The notes under the pieces were generated by a model that was given only the letters and a program-made list of their open reading frames with translations, did not search any database and had not been told where the DNA came from. A stretch of DNA of 64,000 nucleotides, taken from an uncultured Acidobacteriaceae bacterium. Lineage in GTDB: Bacteria; Acidobacteriota; Terriglobia; Terriglobales; Acidobacteriaceae. The translations under genes and the position numbers were made by a program. The stretch spans positions 457,799 through 521,798 of the forward strand of contig CAWJXG010000002.1 of assembly GCA_963846815.1 (NCBI GenBank), in the 5' to 3' direction. Below are positions 1 through 9,981 of this stretch, in pieces. The number at the start of each line of letters is the position of its first letter. The first letter of the stretch is position 1.

Positions 1-327
1 CCCGGAACGACGACTACTTCCTCGGGCGTGACCTTGATGCCGCGAGACTTGGCCACGTCATCGGCAATGGCCTGACGCAGCTCGGGTAATCCTGCCGCGG
101 GCCCGTAATGCGTAAAGCCCTGTTGCAGCGCCTCGACGCCCGCGTTCACAACATTGGCAGGAGTATCGAAGTCAGGCTCACCAATTTCCAGATGGATGAT
201 GTGCTTGCCCTGCGCCTCCAGGGCGCGGGCGCGAACCAGAACTTCAAAAGCAGTTTCCGTGCCCAGACGGGACATCCGCTTGGCAAGACGCAGTTCACTC
301 TGAGTAGTAGGCATAGGCAAACTCATG
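1..327 (-). CDS. PLP-dependent aminotransferase, class I/II (N-terminal part; gene runs off the window start)
   Basis: Reverse translation from ATG at 325-327 gives MSLPMPTTQSELRLAKRMSRLGTETAFEVLVRARALEAQGKHIIHLEIGEPDFDTPANVV...GLPELRQAIADDVAK, a typical AspC-like N-terminus. It is absent from the ORF track because it has no stop inside the window. Confidence 0.75.
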
Positions 328-477
328 GATTATACCTCTGAGCACACTAGGGTCATTCTCATTGTCGCCGACGGCGCATTTCCGCGCGGTGACGAGTGAC
401 TCAGCAGGTTGTGAGCGAGCCGGGTAATCTACCGGCCCGCGGGTTTTGTGACCATGTACCGCTGGGGAGCTCAGCCG

Positions 478-2064
478 CTAATCTCCCGCCACCTTGATCT
501 TATCGGCATCCATCTGTTGCACCCGGCTGTGGTGCCGGCCGTAGCCAAAGTAAATCGCCATTCCAATGATCAGCCAGATGATCAGGCGCCACCACGTGTC
601 CATCGGCAGGCTGGCCATGATGCCCAGGGAAATCACGATTCCGAGGATCGGCACCAGCGGCACCATGGGGGTTTTGAAGGGCCGGTGCAGGTCGGGACGC
701 CGCACCCGCAACACCCAGACCCCCGCGCATACGATGACAAACGCCAGCAGCGTTCCGATGCTCACCAGCTCGCCAAGAATGCCAATCGGAATCAGCGATG
801 CGAAGATGGCTACGAAGATGCCGACAGTGATGGACGAAATCCACGGCGTGCGAAATTTGGGATGCACCGCGCCCGCCCACTTGGGCAGCAGTCCGTCGTG
901 CGACATCGAGTAGAAGACTCGCGATTGGCCGAGCAACATGACCAGCATCACGCTACCCAGTCCGGCGATCGCGCCCAGCTTTACCAGAATCGAGCCCCAG
1001 CGTACGCCGGTGGCGTCAATGCCGACCGCCACTGGATCTGCCACGTTCAGGGCCGTGTAAGGAACGATTCCGGTGAGCAAGCCGGAAACCAGAATGTACA
1101 GAATGGTGCAGATCACCAGCGATCCTAAAATGCCGATGGGCATGTCTCGCTGCGGATTTTTCGCTTCCTGCGCCGCAGTCGAGACGGCGTCGAATCCGAT
1201 GTAGGCGAAGAAGATAACGCCGGCGGCACGCGCGATACCCGACCATCCATATTCTCCAAACGCCCCCTGGTTAGGAGGTATGAACGGATGCCAGTTTGCA
1301 GTTGCGAGATTGGGGTGCTTCAGAACGAACGCAGCGGCGATTCCGATGAACACGAGCACGATCGAGACTTTGATGATCACGATCGCCGAGTTGAAGTCGG
1401 CCGACTCTTTGATACCAATCACCAGAATGAGGGTGATGAGCCCGATGACCAGAAAGGCCACGAGGTTGAACATACCCGTCAGGTGCGGCAAGGTTGATGC
1501 ATCCACGCCATTCTGCTTCAGCAGCGGCGCCATGGTGGTCAGCAACTCCCAACGGCCCTGATATTGAACCAGCACATTCGGCACCCAGGCATTGCCGACG
1601 TGCGTATAGGGTGTCGCCGTCAGTTGCGGGGGAATGTGGATGCCGAAATCCTGCAGGAAGCTGACGAAATATCCGGCCCAGCCTGAGGCCACCGTAGCCG
1701 CGCCGAAGGCGTATTCGAGAATGAGGTCCCAGCCGATGATCCAGGCGAAGATTTCGCCCAGCGTCGCGTAGCCGTAGGTATAGGCGGAACCGGCAATGGG
1801 AATCAGCGAAGAGAACTCCGAATAGCAGAGGCCGGCGAAAACGCAGCCCACTCCCGCGAGGATGAAAGAAAGCACGATGGCCGGGCCCGCATATTGCGCC
1901 GCCGCCGATCCGGTTAGAACGAAAATTCCCGCACCAATAATGGCGCCGATGCCCAGTGTGATCAGATTTACCGGCCCCAGAGCTCGCTTCAGACTATGTT
2001 CGCCCGTATCTGACGCCTCTTTCATCAGTACGTCGAGGGGCTTACATTTCAACAGATCGGCCAT
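478..2064 (-). CDS. amino acid permease (APC superfamily)
   Basis: 528-aa ORF that is strongly hydrophobic and multi-pass. N-terminal LKRALGPVNLITLGIGAIIGAGIFVLTG is the APC permease signature. The overlapping plus-strand ORFs are GC-rich shadow frames. Confidence 0.85.
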   Translation of the reverse strand: MADLLKCKPLDVLMKEASDTGEHSLKRALGPVNLITLGIGAIIGAGIFVLTGSAAAQYAGPAIVLSFILAGVGCVFAGLCYSEFSSLIPIAGSAYTYGYATLGEIFAWIIGWDLILEYAFGAATVASGWAGYFVSFLQDFGIHIPPQLTATPYTHVGNAWVPNVLVQYQGRWELLTTMAPLLKQNGVDASTLPHLTGMFNLVAFLVIGLITLILVIGIKESADFNSAIVIIKVSIVLVFIGIAAAFVLKHPNLATANWHPFIPPNQGAFGEYGWSGIARAAGVIFFAYIGFDAVSTAAQEAKNPQRDMPIGILGSLVICTILYILVSGLLTGIVPYTALNVADPVAVGIDATGVRWGSILVKLGAIAGLGSVMLVMLLGQSRVFYSMSHDGLLPKWAGAVHPKFRTPWISSITVGIFVAIFASLIPIGILGELVSIGTLLAFVIVCAGVWVLRVRRPDLHRPFKTPMVPLVPILGIVISLGIMASLPMDTWWRLIIWLIIGMAIYFGYGRHHSRVQQMDADKIKVAGD

Positions 2065-2093
2065 TCAGTTATGCCTCTTCTTCAGTTTCGAGA

Positions 2094-3644
2094 TCAGGCG
2101 CGGGCGCCTTCCTGATTCCGCCTTGACCACACAAAGTATACGGGGATTCCGAGCAGGACAATGATCAATCCGGGCCACGTGTACTGCGGCTTATAGCGCA
2201 ACAAGACTACATCAATGAACACAGCCATCAAAATGTAAACCGCCGGCAGTACGGGATAGCCGACCGCGCGATAGGGCCGCGGCTCGTTGGGCCGCTTCAC
2301 CCGCAGAACGAACAGGCCGGCGATGGTCAGGATGTAGAACATCAGCACGGCGAAAATGATGTAGTCGAGCAACTGGCTGTAACTGCCCGAAATGCAAAGC
2401 ACACAGGTCCACACACATTGCACCGCCAGCGAGTGCGCCGGAGTGCGGTACTTGGGATGTAGTTCGCCGGCGCGGCGGAAAAACAGGCGGTCGCGCGCCA
2501 TAGCGTAATAGACGCGGGCACCGGCCAGGATCAGGCCATTGTCGCAGCCGAAGCAGGAGATCAGGATGGCGATGGCCATGATGCTTGCGCCTGCCGGTCC
2601 GAAGATCTGCTGCATGACAGCCGTGGCAACCCGGTCTTCCGATGCGTGCTGAATTCCGCGTGCAACTATGCTTGCTCCTCCCGCCACGCCGTGCAGCGGA
2701 AGCACGTTCAGATAAACAAAATTGGCCAGCACGTAGAGAAGAATGACGGTGCCGGTGCCGAGGGCCAGGGAAAGCGGCAGATTACGCTGGGGATTTTTGA
2801 CTTCCCCGGCGGTGAAGGTCACGTTGTTCCACGCATCGGAGGAGAAGAGCGATCCGACTTGTGAAATGGCGACAATGGTGAGCACGCCCACCATAGCGAT
2901 AGGGCCGCCGATTCCAACCTGCACCGGATGCAGTGCACCCCAGCCGGCATTGTGCCAGAAGTTCGCTCCGAAATTTGCCGCGATGGCTGCAGCGTTGCGG
3001 CCGACAAAAAGGCCGAGCAGGACGAGTCCCAGCAGAGCCGCTGTCTTCGCGAAAGTGAATACGTTCTGCACGATCGCACCGGTGCGAACTCCGAAGATGT
3101 TCAGCACCGAGAGGAAAATCACGATCACCACAGCGGCCAGATTCTGCGTGTTCAGCCCGACATCCATGTTGCCCAACACCATGGGCCCGAACGGGATGGG
3201 TGGCACCTTCCACAGATGCAGGATCCAGTGGGTGGAAGAGACTGAAGGGTAGAAGACGCCGAGAAACTTACCAAACGCCACGCCGACGGCGGCGATGGTT
3301 CCCGTTTGTATGACCAGGAAAAGCGTCCAGCCATAGAGGAATCCCCAGAGCGGCCCAAGGGATTCGCGCAGGTAAACATACTGTCCTCCGGCGTGAGGCA
3401 TCATGGCGGCCAACTCGCCATAGGCGAGTGCGCCGGTGATCGTCATGAACCCGGTGACCAACCAGGCGGCAATCAGCAGTGCCGGCGAATCGGTCAAACG
3501 GGAAATGTCGGCGGAAACAATGAAGATGCCGGAGCCGATCATTGAGCCCATGACCAGCGTGGTCGCGCTGGTGAGGCCAATACCTTTTACAAAGCCGCTG
3601 TCGCTCGAAGATGCGGTGGTGATGGTTTTCGCTTCAGTGCTCAA
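2094..3644 (-). CDS. APC family amino acid transporter
   Basis: 516-aa multi-pass membrane ORF with GLTSATTLVMGSMIGSGIFIVSA and FGCDNGLILAGARVYYAMARD motifs typical of APC/LAT-type transporters. It lies in tandem with the previous permease. Confidence 0.85.
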   Translation of the reverse strand: MSTEAKTITTASSSDSGFVKGIGLTSATTLVMGSMIGSGIFIVSADISRLTDSPALLIAAWLVTGFMTITGALAYGELAAMMPHAGGQYVYLRESLGPLWGFLYGWTLFLVIQTGTIAAVGVAFGKFLGVFYPSVSSTHWILHLWKVPPIPFGPMVLGNMDVGLNTQNLAAVVIVIFLSVLNIFGVRTGAIVQNVFTFAKTAALLGLVLLGLFVGRNAAAIAANFGANFWHNAGWGALHPVQVGIGGPIAMVGVLTIVAISQVGSLFSSDAWNNVTFTAGEVKNPQRNLPLSLALGTGTVILLYVLANFVYLNVLPLHGVAGGASIVARGIQHASEDRVATAVMQQIFGPAGASIMAIAILISCFGCDNGLILAGARVYYAMARDRLFFRRAGELHPKYRTPAHSLAVQCVWTCVLCISGSYSQLLDYIIFAVLMFYILTIAGLFVLRVKRPNEPRPYRAVGYPVLPAVYILMAVFIDVVLLRYKPQYTWPGLIIVLLGIPVYFVWSRRNQEGARA

Positions 3645-3670
3645 GAAGCCTCTGGGGTATTCGCTCGAAT

Positions 3671-4306
3671 TTACACCATCAGCCGCAGAAATTCCTCTGC
3701 CGCTTTGCGGGGAGAGCTCAGCAGGGCAGAGATCACGGCGACCGAATCGGCGCCTGAATTCAACACGGATTTGATGTTCCCCCGGGTGATTCCGCCGATG
3801 GCGACTAAGGGTTTCGCGGTGGCCGCGCGCGCGGCACGCAGGCCTTCCAGCCCAACCACCTGGTCGGGGTGCCTCTTACCAGTCGTGGGGAATACCGGCC
3901 CATAGGCAATATAGTCTGCCGGGCCCGCGTCGGCTTCCTTCAGTTGCTCAAGATTGTGTGTCGAGACGCCGACGATACGATCCGGCCCAACCACCAGCCT
4001 GGCGCCTTCCGGCGAAAGGTCATCTTGCCCGACGTGCACGCCGTCATAGCCCGCGGCGATGCACAGATCGGAGCGATCGTTCATGATGAGCTTAACTTTG
4101 CCTTCGAGCACGCGCTTGATCTCGCGCGCATGGCTCAGCATCATCCGCGTGTCACCTTCTTTGTTGCGGTACTGGATCAACGTGACTCCACCCTGCATCA
4201 GCTCCCTGGCAAAGTCGACGATGGCCGAGGTGGTGCGCAGGGAGGCCGTGAAGCAGGTCACGTCGACGATGGCGTACAGGCGGGGGAGAGGATTTGGCGA
4301 CGGCAT
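3671..4306 (-). CDS. thiE: thiamine-phosphate synthase
   Basis: 211 aa. LYAIVD...GVTLIQYRNK...VGVSTH...ADYIAYGPVFPTTGK...AIGGI matches the ThiE TIM-barrel family layout. Confidence 0.85.
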   Translation of the reverse strand: MPSPNPLPRLYAIVDVTCFTASLRTTSAIVDFARELMQGGVTLIQYRNKEGDTRMMLSHAREIKRVLEGKVKLIMNDRSDLCIAAGYDGVHVGQDDLSPEGARLVVGPDRIVGVSTHNLEQLKEADAGPADYIAYGPVFPTTGKRHPDQVVGLEGLRAARAATAKPLVAIGGITRGNIKSVLNSGADSVAVISALLSSPRKAAEEFLRLMV

Positions 4307-4315
4307 AGGTAAATC

Positions 4316-5677
4316 TTACTTGGCGGCGGTCCCGTTTTGCGCGAGGAAGCGTTCCATAAATTTAGTATCGATGCGGCCGGCCCGAAAATCGGGATCGGCC
4401 ATGATGCGTTTGTGCAGCGGAATGCTGGTGAAGATTCCCTCAACGACGAACATATCCAGCGCCCGCGCCATGCGAGAGATGGCCTCCTCGCGATCGCGTC
4501 CGCGGGCACATAGCTTTGCGATAAGCGAATCGTAATAGGGAGGAATGACTCCCTCGGCGTAAGCTGCCGTGTCGACGCGAATGCCGGTTCCACCCGGCAG
4601 GTTCAGCGCCGTGATCTTTCCCGCGGAGGGCGTGAATTTTTCCGGATGCTCGGCATTGATGCGGCACTCGATGGCGTGGCCGCGAAAGTAGACATTGTGC
4701 AGGATAACGTCTGCGAGCTTCTCCCCGGCGGCGATGCGGATCTGCGATTTCACCAGGTCAACATCGGTGGTCATCTCGGTCACCGGGTGCTCGACCTGGA
4801 TGCGGGTGTTCATCTCGATGAAATACAGCTCGCCATCCTCGTCCATCAGGAACTCGACGGTGCCGGCGTTCACGTATCCGATTTCGGAGAGCGACTTCAC
4901 CAGAATGCCGCCCACTCGGTCGCGCAGCTCCTGGTTTACGACGACGGACGGAGCTTCCTCCACCAGCTTTTGGTGGCGGCGCTGGATGCTGCACTCGCGC
5001 TCGCCCAGGCTCATGACACTGCCGTGCTCGTCGGCGACTACCTGGAACTCAATGTGGCGCGGGCGCTCGATGAACTTCTCCATGTAGAGATCGCCATTGC
5101 CGAACGCCGCCGCTGCTTCGGATTGCGCTGCGTGATAGAGGTTGGGCAGCTCTTCTGCGGAACGAATGACGCGCATACCGCGACCGCCGCCTCCGGCCGA
5201 AGCCTTCACCATCACCGGGTAGCCGATGGTGCGCGCCCACTCGGCCGCTTCTTCTGCCGTGTCGATGATGCCGTCGGAGCCGGGCACGACGGGCACGCCG
5301 ACCTGTTTCATCGCATCACGGGCCTTTTCCTTCTCGCCCATGATGCGTGTCACTTCCGGCGGCGGCCCGATGAACTTGATGCCGCACGCCTGCACGACTT
5401 CGGCAAAATTCGCGTTCTCGCTCAGAAGTCCGTAGCCGGGATGGATGGCGTCGACGTTCGCGATCTCGGCGGCGCTGATGACGGCAGGAACACTGAGATA
5501 GCTCTCGCTCAGGCGCGGCGGCCCGATGCAGATGGCCTCATCGGCAAAGCGCACGTGCAGCGAGTTGCGGTCGGCCTCGCTGTAGATGGCGACCGCCTTG
5601 ATGCCCAGTTCCTTGCACGCGCAGATGACGCGCAAGGCAATCTCGCCGCGATTTGCGATCAGAATCTTCTTGAACAT
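4316..5677 (-). CDS. accC: acetyl-CoA carboxylase, biotin carboxylase subunit
   Basis: 453 aa. [37 protein letters not shown]..., an ATP-grasp core and [14 protein letters not shown] are the unmistakable AccC family. Confidence 0.95.
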   Translation of the reverse strand: MFKKILIANRGEIALRVICACKELGIKAVAIYSEADRNSLHVRFADEAICIGPPRLSESYLSVPAVISAAEIANVDAIHPGYGLLSENANFAEVVQACGIKFIGPPPEVTRIMGEKEKARDAMKQVGVPVVPGSDGIIDTAEEAAEWARTIGYPVMVKASAGGGGRGMRVIRSAEELPNLYHAAQSEAAAAFGNGDLYMEKFIERPRHIEFQVVADEHGSVMSLGERECSIQRRHQKLVEEAPSVVVNQELRDRVGGILVKSLSEIGYVNAGTVEFLMDEDGELYFIEMNTRIQVEHPVTEMTTDVDLVKSQIRIAAGEKLADVILHNVYFRGHAIECRINAEHPEKFTPSAGKITALNLPGGTGIRVDTAAYAEGVIPPYYDSLIAKLCARGRDREEAISRMARALDMFVVEGIFTSIPLHKRIMADPDFRAGRIDTKFMERFLAQNGTAAK

Positions 5678-5706
5678 GAAAGAGTGATGAGCTGAGACAA
5701 CTCCGC

Positions 5707-5861
5707 GTCAGGGCACGACTCAGTCGTACCGCTAAAGTCGCTATTCTTGCCTTCCCGAGAGGACTTTAGTCCTCAAGGGATTCGCTTCATACATCACGCA
5801 CAGGGGCTAAAGCCCAGGTTTCAGTTGAAGCTCGTCGGCACGACCAAGATCGTGCCCTGAC
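5707..5861. repeat. ~155-bp palindromic hairpin-rich intergenic element (REP/MITE-like) between accB and accC
   Basis: Ends GTCAGGGCACGA (5707-5718) and TCGTGCCCTGAC (5850-5861) are perfect inverted repeats. Internal hairpins are GAGGAC-TTTA-GTCCTC, GGGCT-AAA-GCCC and GGCACGA-CCAAGA-TCGTGCC. The element occupies an unusually long 244-nt accB-accC spacer. Confidence 0.7.
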
Positions 5862-5921
5862 ACAAAACATCTCAAATCAGAACTTCCTTAGTAATCACGC
5901 AAGGTCCACTCACAAAACGCT

Positions 5922-6452
5922 TCAGCTCTTGCGAATGCCGAACAGCGGCATGCCGTACTCCACCGGAGCGCCGTTCGTGACGAAGACTTTCGCAATCTCG
6001 CCCGTGGCGTCGGCCTCGATTTCGTTCATCAGCTTCATGGCTTCGATGATGCAGAGCACCTGGCCCTCTTTCACCGGCGTTCCAATAGCGACGAACGGCG
6101 GGGCGCCCGGTGACGGAGCTTCATAGAACGTGCCCACCATCGGCGACTTTACGATGTGCAGGCTGGCTTCCTCGGAAGCGGCCGGAGTCGCCGCAGCTGA
6201 AGTCACTGAGGTCGCCGTTCCGCCGGCAGGCGTGCTCACCGGCGCAGCAGCCGGCGCGATCGGGACAGCCTGCGTCATGACCGGCGCGGCTTGCAGTATG
6301 GGCGCCGCGCTTAATCCGCGCTTGACATGGAGTTTCAGATCGCCGCGTTCCATCTCGAACTCGGCGATATCTTTCTCAACCAAAAACTCGATGAGTTCTC
6401 GTAGTTCTTTCTGATTCATCGGATTCCTTCTTTGAAGGGGCACGGCTTTCAA
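5922..6452 (-). CDS. accB: acetyl-CoA carboxylase biotin carboxyl carrier protein (likely true start at 6419, MNQKELREL)
   Basis: Ala/Pro-rich linker followed by a biotinyl domain with CIIEAMKLMNEIEA (biotin-lysine motif). The 5' extension of the ORF overlaps an intergenic hairpin, which favours the ATG at 6417-6419. Confidence 0.9.
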   Translation of the reverse strand: MKAVPLQRRNPMNQKELRELIEFLVEKDIAEFEMERGDLKLHVKRGLSAAPILQAAPVMTQAVPIAPAAAPVSTPAGGTATSVTSAAATPAASEEASLHIVKSPMVGTFYEAPSPGAPPFVAIGTPVKEGQVLCIIEAMKLMNEIEADATGEIAKVFVTNGAPVEYGMPLFGIRKS

Positions 6453-6566
6453 GCCGTGTCACTGGGCCGCGCAACCCATGAGGCCTTCAGACCCTGAGGA
6501 AATTTCCCCCGCCGGCTGAAGCCAGCAGTTTTCTCAACGCCGCTATGACACGCCCGAAGGCGTGTT
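6440..6566. repeat. cluster of short GC-rich hairpins (REP-like) upstream of accB
   Basis: ACGGCTT-TC-AAGCCGT (6440-6460), GCTGGCTTCAGCCGGC-like and ACACGCC-CGAA-GGCGTGT (6548-6565) stem-loops are packed between accB and the M24 peptidase gene. Confidence 0.6.
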
Positions 6567-6591
6567 TCAAAAGGGTCCATCCCGGCACGGA

Positions 6592-7761
6592 TTAAACTTC
6601 GATGAGTTCCTTGGTGACCGGAGTCAGCACTTCGCCGCCACTCGGGGTCACCACGACCATGTCTTCAATACGAATACCGCCCTTTCCGGGCACATAAATA
6701 CCGGGCTCTACGGTGATAACCATGCCCGGTTCCAGCTTCTCTGCCTGCGCCTTGCCCAGCCGTGGCGGCTCGTGAATCTCCAGACCTACACCGTGTCCGG
6801 TGGAATGGGTGAAGTACCGCGCCAGCTTGGATTTGCGCAGCACACTGCGCGCGGCTTCGTCGATATCGGCGGCTGCGGCTCCCGGAGCAACGGCGGCAAT
6901 TCCCGCCAGTTGCGCCTCAAAAACAGCCTGATACCATCCGCGCTCAAGGCGGCTCACATGACCCACGTGTACAGTGCGGGTCATGTCAGAACAATAACCG
7001 CGCAGTATAACACCCGAATCGATGATGACATATCCGCGGCGTGGCACGGGAGACAGTGATGCTCGTCCGTGGGGAAGCGCCGCGCGCTTACCGGCCGCGA
7101 CAATCGTCTCAAACGACATGCCGTCGGCTCCACCTCGACGCGCCGCATACTCGAGCTTCCCGGCAATTTCCGTTTCGGCCACGACGGGACGCACCCAAGC
7201 CAGCGCCTCCTCATAAGCCTGGGCGCCCAGGGCGACTGCCGCCTTGATCAGCTTGAGTTCTTCAGAGTCCTTGATCATCCGCTGGCGCATGATCAGCCCG
7301 GATGTCGGCTTCCAGTGGATTCGCTTCGGCGTCAGCGCGTGCATCTGCTCGGCAGCCGTGACCGTCGTCAGATCAGCTTCAAAGCCGATCTTAGCGGATC
7401 GAACCTTGCTCATCATCGCAATGGCGTCTTTAATCAACGCGCTTTTGGAAATGACGACACGTGCTCCCTTCACCTCCTCGCGCGCCTGGAGGGTATAGCG
7501 CCCGTCGGTAAAGAACGTCTTGCGTCCGTTCAGAAACAGCAGCAGGCCATTGCTGCCGGTATAACCGCACAGGTATCGAAGATTGGCGGTATGGGTTACG
7601 ACAAAGCCGTCGAGCCGTTCTGCGTCGAGGGTCTGGCGAAATTTGTTTTGCCGGGCGAGATAGTCCATCAAACGAATTGTATTCGGAACGTGAGCGTCAG
7701 CGCCGGGGTTGGCCCATTCCGCCCTTTGGACAGCACCATCGAGTGCTGCCGTCGCACACAC
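6592..7761 (-). CDS. M24 family Xaa-Pro aminopeptidase (likely start 7668, MDYLARQNKF)
   Basis: A creatinase-like N-domain is followed by a pita-bread fold with the HSTGHGVGLEIHEPP and GIRIEDMVVVT metal-ligand motifs. Confidence 0.85.
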   Translation of the reverse strand: MCATAALDGAVQRAEWANPGADAHVPNTIRLMDYLARQNKFRQTLDAERLDGFVVTHTANLRYLCGYTGSNGLLLFLNGRKTFFTDGRYTLQAREEVKGARVVISKSALIKDAIAMMSKVRSAKIGFEADLTTVTAAEQMHALTPKRIHWKPTSGLIMRQRMIKDSEELKLIKAAVALGAQAYEEALAWVRPVVAETEIAGKLEYAARRGGADGMSFETIVAAGKRAALPHGRASLSPVPRRGYVIIDSGVILRGYCSDMTRTVHVGHVSRLERGWYQAVFEAQLAGIAAVAPGAAAADIDEAARSVLRKSKLARYFTHSTGHGVGLEIHEPPRLGKAQAEKLEPGMVITVEPGIYVPGKGGIRIEDMVVVTPSGGEVLTPVTKELIEV

Positions 7762-7865
7762 ATGATCGAGCTGAAGCCAGGCTCGCCTGTCGCCAGATTC
7801 TCCTTGGCAATGCGATTATTCGCCTTTATGCTGCTGAGACCCGACTTTCCAGTCCCTTGGGCCAC

Positions 7866-9083
7866 ATGCAGAATTCCTCTCCTCCTGACTTCGACTCCGC
7901 GCGCGCCTGGATGGTTTCTGGCGCGGCTTTTGTTGCGAGCTTCGTTGCCTATGGGTTTCTTTACGCCTTTGGTGTATTCCTCAAGCCGATCGGATCGTCG
8001 CTGGGAGTCGGCCATGCGGTTATGGCGACGCTGTTCTCATGTATGAGCCTCTCAGGCTACGTGCTTGGGCCGCTCACCGGCGACTGGTCCGATCATGCGG
8101 GACCGCGCAAGGTCATGGCGGCGGGCGCTCTGGTTTTCACCGCCGGCGTTATAGCTACGGCTCACGCCCACAGCTTCGCGGTAGCTTTGCCGAGCCTCGG
8201 TCTCGGAGTTGGCGCCGGCCTCGCTTCGGTCTACGTTCCTTCGCTTGCGGCCGTAGGCGAATGGTTCAAGAAAGAACGCGCTGTTGCCATCGGCATAGCA
8301 GTCAGTGGGATTGGGGTCGGCACTCTGGTTGCCGCTCCATTAAGTGCATGGCTGGTCCGCGAGTACGGTTGGCGGACCACACTGACGATCGAAGGCGCAG
8401 CGGGCGGCGGCCTGCTCTTGCTGAGCGCCCTGTTCATGTTCAAACCGCCGGTGAAAGTGGAAGGCAAGAGAGGCGGCCGCGCCGTATGGCCGAAAGTGCG
8501 GAGCCGCGCGTTTCTGCTGGTCTTTCTATCTCGAATGCTCACAGGCATTCCCGTGTTTGTCACCATGGTGTACCTGCCGGCACTGGCAACAAAGGAAGGC
8601 GTCGCTAGCGTTTCGGCGGCTGCGCTGGTCGGCTACATCGGTGCTGGGAGCCTGTTATCGCGGCTCGGATTGAATGCGGCCGCGGAGAAGATCGGTGCCA
8701 TTCTGCCCTTCCAGTTCAGTTGCGTCCTGGTCGCGCTGGCGTGCGTTATCTGGAAATTCGCTTATTCGTATCCAGCGCTGGTTGTGTTCGTCGTGGTGAT
8801 GGGCATCTCGTACGGCGGAGTGGCGTCACTCACGCCAGCCGTGGCAATTCAGATCTTCGGTCTCGAAAACATTGGCGAGTTGCTGGGTTTCCTGCTCATG
8901 TCGTACGGTGTGGCGGCCGCCGTCGGGCCTCCTATTGCAGGCCTCTTGGTGGACCGCAGCGGGAATTATCGCGACGTCATCTGGTTCGCCTTAATTGCTT
9001 CCCTGGCAGGCGTTGTCACGTCACTGCTGATCAAGCGCGCCGGCTCGATGGCGGAAACCGAAGCTGGCGAAGCCACGGCCTAG
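7866..9083 (+). CDS. MFS transporter
   Basis: The ORF 7677-9083 has a non-membrane-like 5' extension. From ATG 7866 (MQNSSPPDF) the protein has about 12 hydrophobic segments and the MFS loop motif GDWSDHAGPRKV. Confidence 0.8.
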   Translation: MQNSSPPDFDSARAWMVSGAAFVASFVAYGFLYAFGVFLKPIGSSLGVGHAVMATLFSCMSLSGYVLGPLTGDWSDHAGPRKVMAAGALVFTAGVIATAHAHSFAVALPSLGLGVGAGLASVYVPSLAAVGEWFKKERAVAIGIAVSGIGVGTLVAAPLSAWLVREYGWRTTLTIEGAAGGGLLLLSALFMFKPPVKVEGKRGGRAVWPKVRSRAFLLVFLSRMLTGIPVFVTMVYLPALATKEGVASVSAAALVGYIGAGSLLSRLGLNAAAEKIGAILPFQFSCVLVALACVIWKFAYSYPALVVFVVVMGISYGGVASLTPAVAIQIFGLENIGELLGFLLMSYGVAAAVGPPIAGLLVDRSGNYRDVIWFALIASLAGVVTSLLIKRAGSMAETEAGEATA

Positions 9084-9134
9084 CAATAACAAAGGCCGCC
9101 ATTCAGCGGCGGCCGTAGGACGAGGAAAATTCGG

Positions 9135-9734
9135 CTAGAGCGGCAGTTTGCGGCGCGCGACACCAAGCAATCCGACAAGACCAGTGCCCAGCGTAATCAG
9201 TGTCCCGGGCTCCGGAACATCGCTTATCTGCATCTGATAGGCACCATTGTCGTTGGTGTAGACGCCGCCCACGTTGGCGAAGTACTCGCCTGAAACTCCG
9301 ATGCCGCTGGTATCAACCGACCAGGACCACCCAGCCGTGCTGTTATCGCTGGAACTCAACCCGATCCAGTAGCGTGTGTTGGGGTCCAACACTTGCGGTA
9401 TCTGCAGTTGGAAGGAATAGTCCTGCAGTGAATTGGTCAATGAACTATCGAAAACGGTTGCAATGGTATAGATCGGGTTCCCGGGACTGATATTGTTATC
9501 TGCCAACAACTGGATGGTGAAGGAACCGGTCGGTGCGCCCATGTCTTCCAGCTTCAATCCGAGGCTAACCAGGGTAAAGGGCGTGTTGCCGGTGGAAAAG
9601 GAGTCGGCCAGCGGCCCAAACCCGAAGATGGACTCGACGCCGTTACTCTGTGAATCGAGATTGTCATATATGACGGTTGCCGAGGCCGCACAGCTCAACG
9701 CAAGAACAAGAAGCAGTGGAAGCAAACGCTTCAT
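9135..9734 (-). CDS. PEP-CTERM sorting-domain secreted protein
   Basis: Signal peptide MKRLLPLLLVLALSCAASA (ATG 9732-9734) and a C-terminal VPEPGTLITLGTGLVGLLGVARRKL, which is a PEP-CTERM anchor. Confidence 0.75.
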   Translation of the reverse strand: MKRLLPLLLVLALSCAASATVIYDNLDSQSNGVESIFGFGPLADSFSTGNTPFTLVSLGLKLEDMGAPTGSFTIQLLADNNISPGNPIYTIATVFDSSLTNSLQDYSFQLQIPQVLDPNTRYWIGLSSSDNSTAGWSWSVDTSGIGVSGEYFANVGGVYTNDNGAYQMQISDVPEPGTLITLGTGLVGLLGVARRKLPL

Positions 9735-9981
9735 GCGCGCTCCTCCTTTCGAACGAAACCAATCTTTGGCCAGTAGTCTGCACTGCCGGCCACCATATCC
9801 AAGCGTAAGCCCGACAGGTGTGGCCTTGATGATGGCATGAGATTCCCGGCAATACAAATCAAATTGCCACGGAACAGCCCTGCGAATTCCCGCCCCCCTC
9901 CGAGCGAAATTGAGCCAGGACTCCTTTGGCTGCTCAACTTATTAATTCCAAAAGCCTTTGCTGCCAAGACAGGCGAACCCG

